A stretch of DNA of 63,502 nucleotides, counting the filler, from Vermamoeba vermiformis (lineage: Eukaryota): the NCBI GenBank assembly GCA_045837725.1. It is 7 parts of 7 records of this genome, joined end to end, with 100 filler letters (N's around TTAATTAATTAA, not from the genome) between each part and the next. Parts side by side here need not be neighbours in the genome. Positions count along the whole stretch, not along the records: positions 27,547 to 58,368 come from JBEWZL010000097.1; positions 58,469 to 63,502 come from JBEWZL010000122.1; 5 more parts are not named here. One strand, given 5' to 3'. Below are positions 48,017 through 62,400 of the stretch, in pieces. The notes below the pieces were generated by a model, which searched no databases, was not told where the DNA came from, and saw nothing but the letters and a program-made list of their open reading frames with translations. The stretch's first letter is position 1. Every line of letters begins with the position of its first letter. A program made the translations under genes and the position numbers.

Positions 48017-48581
48017 TGAGCGAAGACAATACACTCTAAATGCTATAGCGAGTAAAATGTACCGTTCACTGAACCGAAATAGCCAATTTAATGGAAAATT
48101 AGCTAGGTCTATTATTCGGCTTCCTAAAATTTCATCAACGTCACTCCTTAGCAGCATTACACGCTCCTTTAATGTTAATTACAATATGCTCATTAATTTT
48201 TATGCATTCCGTTTTTACCTTTATGCTTCGGCACCGTGCGCCATTAGTTGCCACAGAGACGTAATAATTTAGCCATAATTATGTTGCAAACTCAGATCTA
48301 CGAGCAGATGCAGCAAAATCCAGCTTTGAACAAGCAAAATTTAAAGCCCGCAGGAATAAGACCGCGTCATCTTTCATATTACACATTAAGAAAAATATAA
48401 TGCAGGGCAAAATTGATACCTTTTGTGCAGATCTTGTTTGGTCTTGCTAAAAACGCAATTCAGCTAACAGAAATTTTAATTTTATGAACTGACACCAAAA
48501 CAACACAACTGTTCAGATTCTGAAGAGCGCATCACTATTTATACGGTGCACCTATTTTTATTTATTTGTCGGTAGAATAAG

Positions 48582-50869
48582 ATGAGTGACACGAACGGAT
48601 CAGGTGATCACCTAAAAAGTGCCGATGAGGCTAAAGAACGAAGAAAATCGAGGTTTTTACGTCATAATAAATCAAGGGAACGTGACCACGAGAAAGATAA
48701 GGAAGAAAGAGGTTCTCCTAACGGATCTAAGCCAACTAGCAACGAATTCAAGATCGAAGAACTTTTGCAACGAAGAGATAGCCACGGCCATGATGATATT
48801 AATACTAAACCTAGGTCTGGTAGTTCGTCAAATAGTCATACGTCTCCGAGGAAGATGGCTCCACCGCCCCACATCCCGCTCAACAGCATAGTTCGAGATT
48901 ACCATACTGACTCCGCAGAGCATAAAGTCACATTCGATGCTGATTTAAATTCATCTGAAGATGTTAGTGCTATGGAGAGCTTCAGTGAAGCAAGCTTTAG
49001 CGAGAAGAGCTTTAGTTTTAGAGAAAGAAGTGGGACAACAGATACGATTGATACAGAGGCCAGAAAAAAACGGGCACGTGCCAAACATTATAGGTATGTT
49101 TATTAGAATATTAGAATATTATTATGAAAATTTTTTGAATCGATAGAATTAATTTAGAAATTCAAATTCAACGTTCGACAGCAAAACAAACATTAAACAC
49201 GAAACATTGAAATTGCATCAATTTTATTATCGTTGGTCATTTTATTCGCGAACAACTGCGATCTTGACTAATGTGACGGAAGCGAAGAAAATTTTTTTTG
49301 CTACTATGACGTTAACTAGCAATCTCAAATTTTAATACCCGCAAATAATCTCCGAGACAATCTGCGGCTACTTAGATTAATCGAAATTGAATTTACAAGT
49401 CAATCAAGCGAACTAATATTTTTCTGAATTAGGAAACTCGAGATAAACCGCAGGTCAATGTCCGAGAATAACGGACCTCCACCCGACGAGCGTGTCAAAA
49501 TTAACGTGGGTGGAAAATTATTCGAAACATACGTATCAACATTAAGGTACTTATTTGGCAACCGTGACAAAATTTTGAATCAATAAGCTTAATCTGATGT
49601 CATAACTAACTTAGCTTCATAACTATATTAATGTTGTTATAATAATAAGTAAGTTAACATTTTTCTATTATTGTAGGAAGCATCCGGACACGTTGTTAGG
49701 CGCCATGTTTCATCCACGAAATGCTGAAATGTTAAAGAACAGGTACGTCCATTACAATCTATTTCTATAGTAATAGAGACCCTTAATATGTGGCATTAAT
49801 AGTACTGTGTTGTGATTATTAGTATTGGAGTTTCATAGCCGCGAAGTTACGGATCCAAATTTCTTTCGAAATTCATCAATTATTTAACTTTTGATACTAT
49901 TCAAATATTGTTTACTAATATCGATCTATATTATAGTAAGGATGAGAATGGCCACATTTTCTTTGACAGAAATCCTCGGTGTTTTGAAGCTCTGTTAGAT
50001 TACTACCGCACGAACAAATTAATTCCGTCGCCAGATATTCCACTCGAATTATTGAAAGAAGAATTGGATTTCTTTCAAATGGACATTGAAGAGTACAGCG
50101 ACAACAAACGACTCTCGGTGGAGCTCATGAAACTCGAGTACCAGTACGTAAAGCAGTTACTATAATAATATAATACATAATAATGCTTTATTTCCATAAT
50201 TAACTATTCATGAACGCGTTAGTTTAAGGAACCGTAGACAAAATTCTTAAAATTCTTAACATTAGATCTTGAGTCTTGTGATGTTGCTAAAACAATATTT
50301 ATATGTATTGTAAGAATCACTAATGTAATAATTAAATTTTTATAGGCGCAAGATTCACAGTGCAGACGAATACCGACGCATGGCACGATCCAAGTTGTTA
50401 GCAGACCATCACGAGACACTGATCAAAATCTTAGAACTGATTCACAAAAAGATCGAGAAAGAAGCGAAGAATGGACGTAATAGTTGCATTGTATCGTTTT
50501 TCTCGCCTCTGCATTATACGGACAGCACATCCCGCGAGATTTTCAACGTTGTCTCCTTAGACGTAAGTTTTATCCTAATAATGCAATCATATTATATAAC
50601 TCGAATAATTTCATTATTGATTTGTTCGAAATCGAAAATTGTGTCGATCCGGATTCAATTCGGACCCGATAAATTGTTGGATCTGGTCTAATTGATTGTA
50701 ACTTTAGGAAATGAGAGAAATTATCATGGAGTTGATGAAAGAAAAGAGTTTTCATATGAGCCAGACCTTTGAATACTCAAAAACAAAAGCTACGAATATT
50801 ATTGGTTTGTCAGATCAAGTGACCAATTACAACGACCCTAAATTCTTTTCGTTCACCGTCAAGTGGTAG
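48582..50869 (+). CDS. KCTD-type BTB/POZ (potassium channel tetramerisation domain) protein
   Basis: VKINVGGKLFETYVSTL, HPDTLLGAMF, IFFDRNPRCFEALLDYYRT, EELDFFQM; disordered N-terminus. Confidence 0.85.
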
Positions 50870-51463
50870 AACTTTCGTGCATTATTAATCTCCTTGTAAT
50901 ATAGCTTGTAATAAATACCTGTTTTCTTGCAAGATATTCGATCGCGATTTATTTCGTACACAGATACAACAACCATGTAGATATTAGATTTGAATCATAC
51001 AGAGAAAACGAAACTTCCAACTAGGAACTATCAAATTGAGCGTTTCTGGGTTGACTCAAATACACATCCGAGATGCACGAACTACCATTATTGCTTGCTA
51101 AAAATAAGGTAAAATAATGTGCATAATTTTACAACATTTTTGTCTTTTAAGTCTTTTTGCCTGCAGATCAGAATTTGATTTTTTTTAAAATGAAATCAAT
51201 TCTATTCGGTTTACTACACGTGCGCAATTTACGTAAATTACGTCGCAAAAATTTATTAACGATTTTTTAGGTAATTTCGTATTTCGCGGTTGTTGCTGCC
51301 CAAGCAGCTGCGGAATTGCGGATTTAGAGAAAAAGTCAAATTCCCTAATTCCGCTGGTACAATATTTAATGATCAAGTGGCTTATATCGCTCAAATAATC
51401 TGTTAGAGTAACGTAAGCAAACTATTTCTTTTGCTAATCGCCTGTTGACTTTAAATCTGGGAG

Positions 51464-54400
51464 ATGGCGAACGGATCTCAATTTCTGTTGCTTACGCTCA
51501 AAAATTTCAAAATCAAAGGACGTAATGGCTGTGGTACTGCTATTGAAGTAATATTTCCAGCCATTTGCTTGGCTTTCCTAATCGCTATGTTCGTCATAGC
51601 GGTACCTACTGAGCCGAACTACGATCCGATTCCAATTGGCTTTCAACCGGTCAATTTAACATACGGACCTAATGTAGATTCGGTTCGTAGTATTATGCTC
51701 GCTGTTGTGTATGGACAAGAAGATCTACTGCATCCAGTGAACACCGAAGAAGAGATGGAAGAACTGATAGTCGGTACAAAGAACAATATTACTGCAGGTA
51801 ATTAATTATTTGTTATTTCCTATTAATTTACTTTCGGAACAATTTCATTCGGCTTTGATCAAAAATTGACGTTGTGAATCTAGGAGTTTTCTTTCGGTTG
51901 ACGGAGGATGAGCTGGCCAACGATAAGCTCTCCGATAACGTTACCTATAGTATTCGAATGCAAGCCTATAGCGTGGCTAGACCATCAATTCTATTCGAAT
52001 ACGCGGCAAATACCGACTCTTCCAAAGCGTTGATGTACTACAGCTTCGTTGCAATCCAAAAGAGTGTGGATCAGGCTATTATGGCTACAAAAATCCAAGA
52101 AAAGACTGGCACAGCAAGCAACGTAAATCTTCAAGGCTTCGCTACGAGATTTCCCAAACAAGTTCCCGAAACTGAATTGGATGTGCGCTGGCAACTTCGA
52201 AACAGCATTCTGAAGCTTATTGGCGGCACGTGGTTAACATTTTGTTTGCTATTCTCCGTGTATCGCCTCGTTGGCACAATCATCGTCGAGAAAAAGACCA
52301 AAGTCGTAGATGCAATGCGCATGATGGGCATGCGAGTAAGAAACACTTTGAAATTTCCTAAAGATAGCCACTAATATATGATACTAGAATGAACTTTATT
52401 GGGTGACTTGGTTCATCGTCTCGCTAGTTCTTCTCATTCCAATTCTAGTGGCCTGCTCGGTCTTGCTAAAGTACCTCAACTTTTTCCCACTGTCATCGAT
52501 TGGCTTAATCTTCATTACTTGGTTATTATACGCCGCGTCACTTATTGCATTTGGAATGATCTTCGCTGCTTCTTTGAACTCGGCTAAGGTAAAATAAGGG
52601 AGCCGTATTTGCTGCAAGTACTCATGTTCGTGCGTATAGAGCTCTGGTCTGATTACTTTGATGGTACTCGTAGTACTTAGTATTGCAGGAGCAGCCATTT
52701 CAGCCTCAGATATGCACCCAGCGCCTAAAATTGTGCTGTCTGTCTTCAGCCCTGTTGCCTTCAACATCGCGGTCAACATTTTCGCCGAAATTGAAAACCT
52801 TAAAATGCCAGCGGACGATCACCTATCAGGTAACAATCCTTATAGGTATTATTATCACTTTCAATTATTAATATCAATTTAGAGTACTTTGGTGGTCGGC
52901 CGTCGCTTCATTCAATGATCGCCATGCTCGTAGTTGACACGGTACTTTATCTTATCCTCGCGTGGTACATTGACGGCGTCAAGACAGGTGGTTCCAAAAG
53001 TTCGTGTTTTTGCTGCAGACCTTCGTACTGGGGCAAACATAAAAACAAAGGACCTGTTATTGACGAGGAAGAACTTGCCGGTCACCAAGATAACGCTGGA
53101 GATTTCGAGAAAGTTGATCACTTCAAGCAACCTGTTGTGTCTATTCAAAAGTTGCGAAAGAAATTTATGTTCGATGATCAACCCTTTATCGCCGTTGACG
53201 GTTTTTCGTTGGACATGTACGAAGGCCAGATTCTTGCCTTATTAGGTAATTATTGATACTCGCACCTATAAGTCCTAGTACTAAATATATTGACAGGTCA
53301 CAACGGTGCTGGTAAAACTACGTTGATTTCAATGTTGACTGGAAGTTTGGATCCGACATCCGGTGAAGCTGAAATGTACGGCAATAGCCTCACGAAAGAT
53401 TTAACTGCCCTGAAGAAAATCATTGGTATTTGTCCTCAATATGACGCTATATGGCCCCAATTGACAGTCTTCGAACACTTGCAATTGTTCGGTGGTTTCA
53501 AAGGTACGAGAAAAAGTCTTAATTTCTGACACTTTTTTAAAATTATTGCCATTTTTAGGAGTAAAATTTAGCAAAGTTAAAGCTGAAGCGGAACAACTCA
53601 TTCGAGATTTCGAACTTGAAGAAAAGCGAGATTATCCTGCTGGAAAATTATCCGGCGGTCAAAAACGAAAGCTGTCAATTGCAATGGCGCTGATTGGCGG
53701 ATCAAAAGTCGTTTTTTTGGACGAACCTTCTGCGGGCATGGATCCTGAAGCTCGACGAGTAGTTTGGGACAATTTAGTCAAACACAAAGAAGGACGCGTC
53801 ATTATTATCACGAGTAAGTCTTAATTAGTCACCATTAATTCAATACGGTCCTAATATATCCTTCATTAGCTCATTTTATGGATGAAGCTGATTACCTAGG
53901 CGATCGAATTGCCATTATGCGACATGGAAAGCTATTGTGCGCTGGATCTTCGTTGTTCTTAAAGAATAGATTCGGTCTTGGTTACACCCTTAATTGCGTA
54001 AGCAACTAAAATATGAACGATTAGAGTTATATTTTAAACCATAAAAGAACACGAAATATTATTTAATCGATAGTTATTTGAAAGTTGATGTAGGCTAATG
54101 AATTTTCGATAGGTTAAGACACCTACATGCAATATTGATGAGCTTACAGAGTTCTTGAAAAAATACGAGGACGTTCAAATTCTTTCGAATGTCGGTGCCG
54201 AAGCTATTTACAGAATTCCACGCGATGGCTTCCGAAATCTCCCGCGCATGTTAAATGACATGGAGATTAGCAAAGAATCGCTTGGAGTAATTTCCTACGG
54301 AGTTGGGCAATCGACGCTTGAAGAAGTTTTCTTGGAACTAAATATGGATTCAGATCTGCAAGGAATTTCCGAAGATACGCTAAAAGAAACCGTTTTTATT

Positions 54401-57117
54401 CCAGCTTCTGATTCCTCGAACAAACGACAGCTAAACGCACTCTTGAACAAACGAAAGCAGGTTGCTAAACGAGACGTTAAGTTCTTGTTCATTCAGTTCG
54501 CAGTGCCTATCATATTGTGCGTTGCTGCCTTTGTGGTGCAAACCTTGATGTTTACGAACACCGTTGGTGGCGAAATTGCCGTGAACGGACAAGTTTACGG
54601 TACGGATCTAAAAAAATTTCTAAATTAACTAATTGAATCATTTTTAAGACGGATTCATCTCACCTTGGGCTAATTCGAATTGTACAACCAATTACTTCTC
54701 TGCTTTGCCGAACTACACGCCAGAATTGTTCCCGGAAATTTCCTTCAATGACGTCACTTCTGTGCTTAGTAACCCCGACACGTACGCATCAGGTGCTATC
54801 ATCAATTATTTCTGCATGTCTGTGGGGCCGACCCAAGTGCTTCAATATGCTCTCTATTACAACGCATCGTTGCCTCACTCTATTGGCGTCCATCAAAACC
54901 TCATCTCAAACGCTGTTCTCAACACAGCACTTGGCGGCCTTGGATCCGTAACGATCAACACTATCAACCATCCCGTTGGTAAGTTATCCTTTTGCATAAC
55001 ATATTCGATGTATTTATGGTCTATTTAGGCATTCCCATTGATCTGCTCACAAACCTCATCAGCGTTTTGATCTTCCTCTTAATTCTGATTGGTTCGTGCG
55101 TACTTTCAGCGTCAATCACCGCATTTATCTTCCAAGAACGTGAGCTTGGCATTAAGCAATTGCAATTGGCCAGCGGAACTAATGCAAAGATTTACTGGCT
55201 GTCCAACTTCATCTGGGACTTCACGCTGCACATGATCGTTTTCATTATCATAATCATCGTTGCTATTGCTACAGATTACAAGACATTCGGAGGAGAGAGA
55301 ATAGGCGCCGAGTTCATATTGATTATCTTATACAGTCTGTCATCGGTCACTGCTGCTTACTTCTTCACCTTCGTCTTTTCCGGATCCGGATCTGGTCAGG
55401 GTGCCATCTTAGGTCTCTTCCTCGGTCTTAGCTTTGGCTTCTTAACATTCTTCAACGCTGTTTCTGTTGCCGTACCAGGTGCTCAAGATGCTATGAATGC
55501 ATTGGGCTATGTTTTTAGAATTATCAGGTACGAGACAAAAAATTTTTCACGATGTGTTGACCGACCATATTTTTTAGTCCTCATTTCCTTCTGATCGCTT
55601 CATTCGGTCAATTGACAAATAGCATCGGCGCTACCACAAAAAATATCGTTACCGAAAACACGGACATTTTTGGAATGTAAGTTTTTGTTCGGAAATGTCA
55701 CGCTTGTAAGTTTCACTAATGAATTCATTGTAGTAACTATTGGGGCACATCGTTCATCATATTCGGTGGTCAATTCTTGCTTTATGGATTTTTAACGTTA
55801 TTACTGGAAAATATGCATCAATTCCGCTTGAAACAAAAACGATCTGCAAATCACCACGGCGAACATTCAGTCGATGAAGAAGACGATGACGTCATGCGAG
55901 AACGAGATCTCGTACAAAATGCGAACCCGAACGACGTTGAGAACAATCTTGTATGGGTCAGTGGTCTGCGCAAAGAATTCAACGGCAAATCCAAGATCCG
56001 CAAAGTAGCGGTCAACAATTTTTCTCTACGCATCCCTCGTGGAGAAAGTTTTGGATTATTGGGTGCTAACGGAGCAGGTAAATAATAATACAATCATATA
56101 TTAAAATATCCGGATTGACAAACATTTCCTTTTTAGGCAAAACTACTACTTTAAAAATGTTGTCAGGACAACTGTTGCCAACATTGGGTGAAGTCAGAAT
56201 CAACGGAAACACGTATGAAAATCTCGATCAGATTCTACAGTCAATTGGATGCTGTCCGCAATATGACTCTGTCATTCCTAAGTTGAGCGGAAGAGCACAT
56301 CTAGAACTTTTCGCCGAACTTAGAGGTACGCCTATTTAATTCAAATATGACTTACTTAAATATGTTATAGGTCTCCCTAAGCACAAGATTCCTGCCATTG
56401 TCGATGCGTTGATTGAAACCATCCATTTGACCAAGTACGCAGATCGACCTTGCGGAAAATACAGCGGCGGTAACAGACGAAAACTGTCATTAGCTCTTGC
56501 ATTAATAGGTAGAATATGTCGCTTAATATTGATTACATAACCTAATATGCATATTAGGCAACCCTCCTGTTCTTTACTTGGATGAACCTTCCACCGGCAT
56601 GGATCCGTTGGCGCGAAGATTTATGTGGAACTTGATTATGGCAGTGCGATCCAATAAGGCTATAATATTGACTACGCACAGTATGGAAGAATGCGAAGCC
56701 TTGTGTACTCGTTTGGGCATTATGATAGGAGTGAGTTTTAAAAAAACTGAAATTTCGTTAAACTGACCAATCATATCGCAGGGAAAATTACGTTGCGTTG
56801 GCAGTCCTCAGCACTTGAAGACTAAATTTGGAGATGGATATCGCTTGGAACTGAAGACGGATCTGCAACACGTCGATCAGATCCCCTCATTTATTCAAAA
56901 GATATCTCCGGAGGCCAAACTCGTTGATCAACATACAACGCTATTTAATTATGAAATTCCGATGCAGAACTTAACATTAGGACAATTATTCGAACAAGTC
57001 GAGAACGCAAAGGATAATTTACATATTGGCGATTACGCGGTCAGTCAAACTACACTAGAACAGATATTTATTACTATGGCACAAGAATACATTAGGCCAC
57101 GCGTAGTAGTTGACTAA
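51464..57117 (+). CDS. Full-size ABCA-subfamily transporter, many introns
   Basis: Two NBDs ([57 protein letters not shown]), two TMDs, TLEEVF and TLEQIF. Confidence 0.95.
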
Positions 57118-57285
57118 AATATAATGTAAAATATTCATATAAAACCTCGGTGTCTCTACCAAGTGAGTGGCGTCATTCGCTGAAGATGAAACATCCGTGG
57201 ATCGAACCTCCCTTGAGTCACGTGATTCGTGCAAGAAGCAAAAAGATTACATATCGTTATAAAGCACAAGAATTATTTATCAGCG

Positions 57286-58368
57286 CTACATCGCAAGTAC
57301 AACCATCAACAGCACGATACTCATTTCAATGACGGCAGCACCACTCGTCTTGCCAGTCGGAGCTTTGACGGGGACAGCAACAGGAGGTGCGGGACACGTG
57401 ACAGTTGAATTGCACGTGGCGGTCAAACCAAACTTGTCAAATTTGAACGCGACAATCACGTTGTTTTGTTCTTGGATCTCGGTTGGATGCGCAGTCACAG
57501 TGCCACACTGCGGATTGTTCACCGTGTACAACGTGTCAGTGGGAATTGTAGTGCAAACGTCGAGTTGAATGTCTTTGCATGTCACATTGATGGCCGTTGT
57601 GAGGCACGACGAGTATATGTAGCCCTCGTTAACGGAGCCTAAGGTCAAGCCAGGCACAATCAGCTCGCGTTGGTCATTGATGGCGACGTTGAGGCCAAAG
57701 AAAACTTGCGCAGTAGCGTTCAATTGGTAGCTTTGTTGCCACACGCCCGTGTCATTGCGCGTAATGACAACGACTTTGCCAGCTGGCCCGGATGCGTCCT
57801 TCGGTACGGTTCCGGAGTTATCCGCTGGTGCACTGACGACGAGAGTGTTCGCGTCAATGAACTTTCCTGTTTGTCCCATCAGCGCTAAGGTGCGCAAGCC
57901 AAGTGATGCAGCCGTGATTTGCTGTCCTGAGGTCCACACGCCATTCACTTTTTGATAAAATTTCAGATATCCGTAGATCTCTTGGAAATTTAGGTCCGCC
58001 AAAGAAGTCAGCACCATCGTATCGACACCGTTGTATAATGCTATTTGATAGGTGGCCGTATCGGCTTCAATAGTCGATCAACTTAAATGTGGGCCCAGAC
58101 GCCACAAACTCGAAAATATTGACGCTGGACGCGTTGTAAGTGATCACAAATTTGCCGTCTTGCGTCACTTGGTCGATCGGCGCGACTATATGATCGCCGA
58201 GATCAAAGTCTGCCACAAATGTCCATGCAGTGCCATTATAAGAATAGATGCCTAAATAACCAGGTCGTTCACCAACAAAAACATTTCCAGGAAAAAAAGA
58301 GGTTTTGTCGTAGTCTGGGCCTTCAATCGTTTGGGTCAATGTTGGTACGTTGTTTTCGAGCTTGTATA
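57286..58368 (-). CDS. Beta-rich surface protein with Cys domain, Pro stalk and hydrophobic tail; partial and frameshifted near 58075
   Basis: ORFs 58339-58067 and 58017-57286 are colinear but out of frame with no intron between them. Confidence 0.6.
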
Positions 58369-58468
58369 NNNNNNNNNNNNNNNNNNNNNNNNNNNNNNNN
58401 NNNNNNNNNNNNTTAATTAATTAANNNNNNNNNNNNNNNNNNNNNNNNNNNNNNNNNNNNNNNNNNNN
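58369..58468. other. Artificial contig linker
   Basis: N run with TTAATTAATTAA. Confidence 0.98.
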
Positions 58469-58649
58469 TACGCGACACAGTCATCGGTGAGTATATATTA
58501 TACATAATCGTCACATATTAAACGAGCTCATTGGAACACGTCGCTGGGGTTGAGATCGGATCAGATTCAATTTCCTTCCCTAGAAATATTTGAATTACTA
58601 ACTAATTATTACGCAATAATGATTAATTAAGCGATTCTTAACCCCTTTA

Positions 58650-59381
58650 ATGACAGAGATGGAGTCGCTAAGTGTACGTGAGGTTGCAGTCGGATCAAGC
58701 TACGGCGCAGCATTCGGCGCAGTACTCGGTGCTATTTATAGCGTGGGCAAGTATCGCCTCGTCACGCGTCAAGAGCTGCAACAACAGCTGCAAGCAAGAG
58801 CTCAACTGCGCGCAGATCAGCACCGCACTGAACTCACCACTGTCGAGCCCAAGCGACGACTGCCACTTCCATATTTGGTCAAAATACCCGATGACGTGCT
58901 CGCTCAACAGCACCGTACACTGCAGCGCGAGAGACTGCGCACGAGTGGCAAGTTCATCGCGTACTGGTCGCTGCTCGGCGGGCTCTACGTCACTGCGCGC
59001 ACTGGCGTCAACAACTACTGCGCACTGCACACGACGATGCACCACTACGAGCGGTGGCAACTTGCCTCCACGTGCGCTGGGGCACTGCTCGGCACACTGG
59101 GCGGAATAACTCGCATGCAGCGCGGAGCAGGCGTGGCACTGACCACAGCCCTCGGTGCAGTGCTGGGCTACCTGCAGGGACGCACGAGCAATCCATACAA
59201 CAAGACAGATCCGCTTGCAGCACAGCCAAGCAGAGTGGTGCAAGTGTTGGAGTGGATTGGCATTCACAAGATGAGTCCTGAAGAGCTCGAGGAATATCAG
59301 CAGCGTCGGCGAGATAAAGAGGCGGCGATGGAGCTGTCTGCTGCACTGCCTAGCAAACGTGATGTAAATAAACGAATGTAA
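58650..59381 (+). CDS. Tim17/Tim22/Tim23-family-like membrane protein
   Basis: Four Gly-zipper helices (GAAFGAVLG; WSLLGGLY; AGALLGTLGG; ALGAVLG); intronless, 243 aa. Confidence 0.6.
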   Translation: MTEMESLSVREVAVGSSYGAAFGAVLGAIYSVGKYRLVTRQELQQQLQARAQLRADQHRTELTTVEPKRRLPLPYLVKIPDDVLAQQHRTLQRERLRTSGKFIAYWSLLGGLYVTARTGVNNYCALHTTMHHYERWQLASTCAGALLGTLGGITRMQRGAGVALTTALGAVLGYLQGRTSNPYNKTDPLAAQPSRVVQVLEWIGIHKMSPEELEEYQQRRRDKEAAMELSAALPSKRDVNKRM

Positions 59382-59419
59382 ATACCGAAAGGACGATCCG
59401 ATGTTGAACCATCAAACAA

Positions 59420-62400
59420 ACTATCTTGTGCCTTTCCTTTTCAGGATGCTTTTAGAGTTAGCTTTTTTGTGTCTCAGACTCATGGGGGCAGGCCAAAAAG
59501 TCAGGGTGGCAGTCTGGCTACCAGGTAAAGAATTGAAACAAACAATGGGTGTCTGCTGGCCTTGATGGCCGTACAACCCTGCTCCAGTCTATTGTTTCTT
59601 TGCAGGGGTAGATCTTGTTTTAGATTGGTGGCTGTAGGACGCACTCCTGAGGGAAGGCAAGACATTTAGCAAGGGTAATGTGTTGGCAGACATCGTGTCC
59701 ACCAATTTTTCGTCCATCTGTGGACAATGGAGGTCATCCTGCCAATTGACGTCTGTCCGGGGACAAGGTGTCCGTCCAGGGACAGGGAGTCTGAAGTTAG
59801 TACGAAATTAATCCAAGAAAAAAGGGAAGACTTGCTCCAGAAGTTGAAGAGGAAGCACTGGAGTTGTAGTAATTGACCAATCGGAGGGTATTGTAAAAAT
59901 GCATTTGGGTATATTTCATTTTTTTATTCAGAAAACCCATAGTACATGGAAGTGCAAGTTGAACAAAAAAAACGGCACATCAAAATATGCCGTAGAGCTG
60001 AAGTTACAGCCTGTTTTCTTGAAAATCAACTGGGAAACCCCCATTTTACTCTAAGGCGCCCATATTAGGAAGTGTTTCACTGGTTTGTAATCATGATTTG
60101 ATGCTTTGAAGGTTGCCAGATCATGGTACACAAAAGAATTGGAGTCTGATGCTTACTTGAGTGTTCCTAGGGCAAATACAGTGCAAAAAGCAAGTATATA
60201 GCATGGAATAGCCTAAAAAGGAAATTTGTGGTGCATATCAGTGGTCCATGAGGTAGACATTTGCAAAACACTCCTCTTGGCACTTGTGTGCATATGATCT
60301 GGCAATTACTAACAGTTTCCCTCCATCATTTATATGCCTTGCACTTCCCAGCTGAAAACTGAGTTTTCTACTTGCCTAATATAGAAATATAGTAAAGTGA
60401 TCAGCAAATCGTTAGTAATTGATAAAAACTGTTGGGACAAGTTTCAACTTTAGTAACCATGGTGCAACAAATGCCAACTGCCCCATCATTTCCTAATTTG
60501 GTAATTACTGTCAAATCCCGAAATTTCAGTTAAAAAACAGAATTTACAAGGATTACGAGCAACAAGGAAGTCGTTAGTAATTGCCGGAATTTGGTGCGGC
60601 AAGTTCAAATCATTGTTTTTTGTAAAGGTCCACTTATGATGTCCATAACCTCTTGCCATATATGGTTATATTTGCTAGTTACACTAACTGCCTGTTACCA
60701 CCTTGGAGCATTCTGGCAAACAGTTAGTAATTGACAGAATTTGACGGGACAAGTTGGAATGGTATGTACATGCTGTAAAGCATTGTTTATGCTGGCAACC
60801 TTCCTAATTTGGAAATTGCTAATGATTTCCGAATGGGGCAGCAATGATTGAAAATTTGCAGATTTTTGCAAGTGATTTCAAGGGCCAACATCAAATTTTA
60901 TTAAAATCTTACAAAACATCGATTTTCCAACAATAATCCTCCCAATGCCCCCCAAATATACCCAAATGCATTTTTACAATACCTTTCGATACCAATTGTG
61001 CCATTAGCACTAGTGGACCCTACTATTGTCATCAGGCAAATGCTGCAGGCTGAAAATGGCAATGTTCTGGAGGTCGTCCTGCCCAAATTAGACGGAACGT
61101 CCGTCCATAGACAGAGTGTCCGTCCAGGGACGTGGTGTCTGTCCGCGGACAGGGTGTCCGTCTGGGGACAAGGCGTCCGGATACGGACGGGGCGTCCGCT
61201 GAAGTTAGTAATTAACGAAATTCAATTCTGTTTGCTGCAGTAGGTAGAGCATATATAGGATACTACTAGGTATGAACTTCCCATCCACATCAGCTTCCAG
61301 CCACTGGAGATAGAGAAAGAATTGTAATCACCATACATTGGAAAGTTGGATATTTTGGCTAATGGATGTAATTTCAGCGTCTTTATCAAGAAAATAACAT
61401 ATTTTTGCAACCAGGACATGTTTGGAGCACAAAGAACAGTTTAACATCCTATCCAAAAATTGTGTGCTATTTGAGCTATCATCCTATAGATATGTAGTTC
61501 TGCATAGAACTGAGCCAGAAATGGATTGTTGTGAATGAGAAGTTTCTCATAACAAAGTGCAAATGTTGATTCTTTCTATTGAACTCTGACATGTCCACTA
61601 TGTTGCAAACGATTCCGTATGTCATGCCAAGCCATAGCTATCAAAATCTTTGTTACCTGAGCCATTTGGAGCTTGATTTCAAAAACTGAGGAACTTTCCT
61701 CAGCTCAATCCTAGAGCTTGGCCAGCAAGGAAACCATCAAACTCATCCGAAATATAGGTATCCACGACAATTAGGTGCTATTAGCCTTTTATTCCATGAG
61801 AACCTAGTGACGGCGGACGCCCTGTCCGGGTCCGGACGCCGGAGGTCGGCTTGCATACTGTGAGCTGGCGTCCACAATGGGCAGGGCATCCACCGTGGAC
61901 GGGGCGTCCGCTGACCTTAGGTTTTCTCTGACAGTTGCAGCAATTGCTTAGATTATTGTATTATTGATATGTTTCTGCTATATCCAGTGTATCTGATGGT
62001 CTTGGACAATTTCTAAAGGAGCTGGAAAAATTAGACTCATCAACAGAACTAATCTTCTGCATACCTCACTTGGCTCCAAATGTTTACAGTTTCAATAACT
62101 ATAGTAAGCAGCTTCCAAATCTATGCGTGCACTCAAATCAAAGCTGAAACAAAAAAGTTGACATGCACACCCTTTCAACGCCATAAATATGTAGAGAGCG
62201 ACAATACACCAAGTTCTACACGAACAATGATGCATGGTTGGTTGGCGGACATCCCGTCTGGCAAAAATTGGACGTCCGCCATGGACCACGCACACCCTTT
62301 CAGCAACTTAAAATTTGTAGAGAATGAAAATACACCAAGTCTATACAGAACTATTGATGCATGAGGTTGGTTTTGTATAAGTAACACTTTTTTTTGCAAC

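Noticed and set aside
4694-58468. Recurrent TTAATTAATTAA as a biological repeat, and gene linkage across it
   Set aside because: Always centred in 100-nt N blocks; an artificial concatenation spacer.
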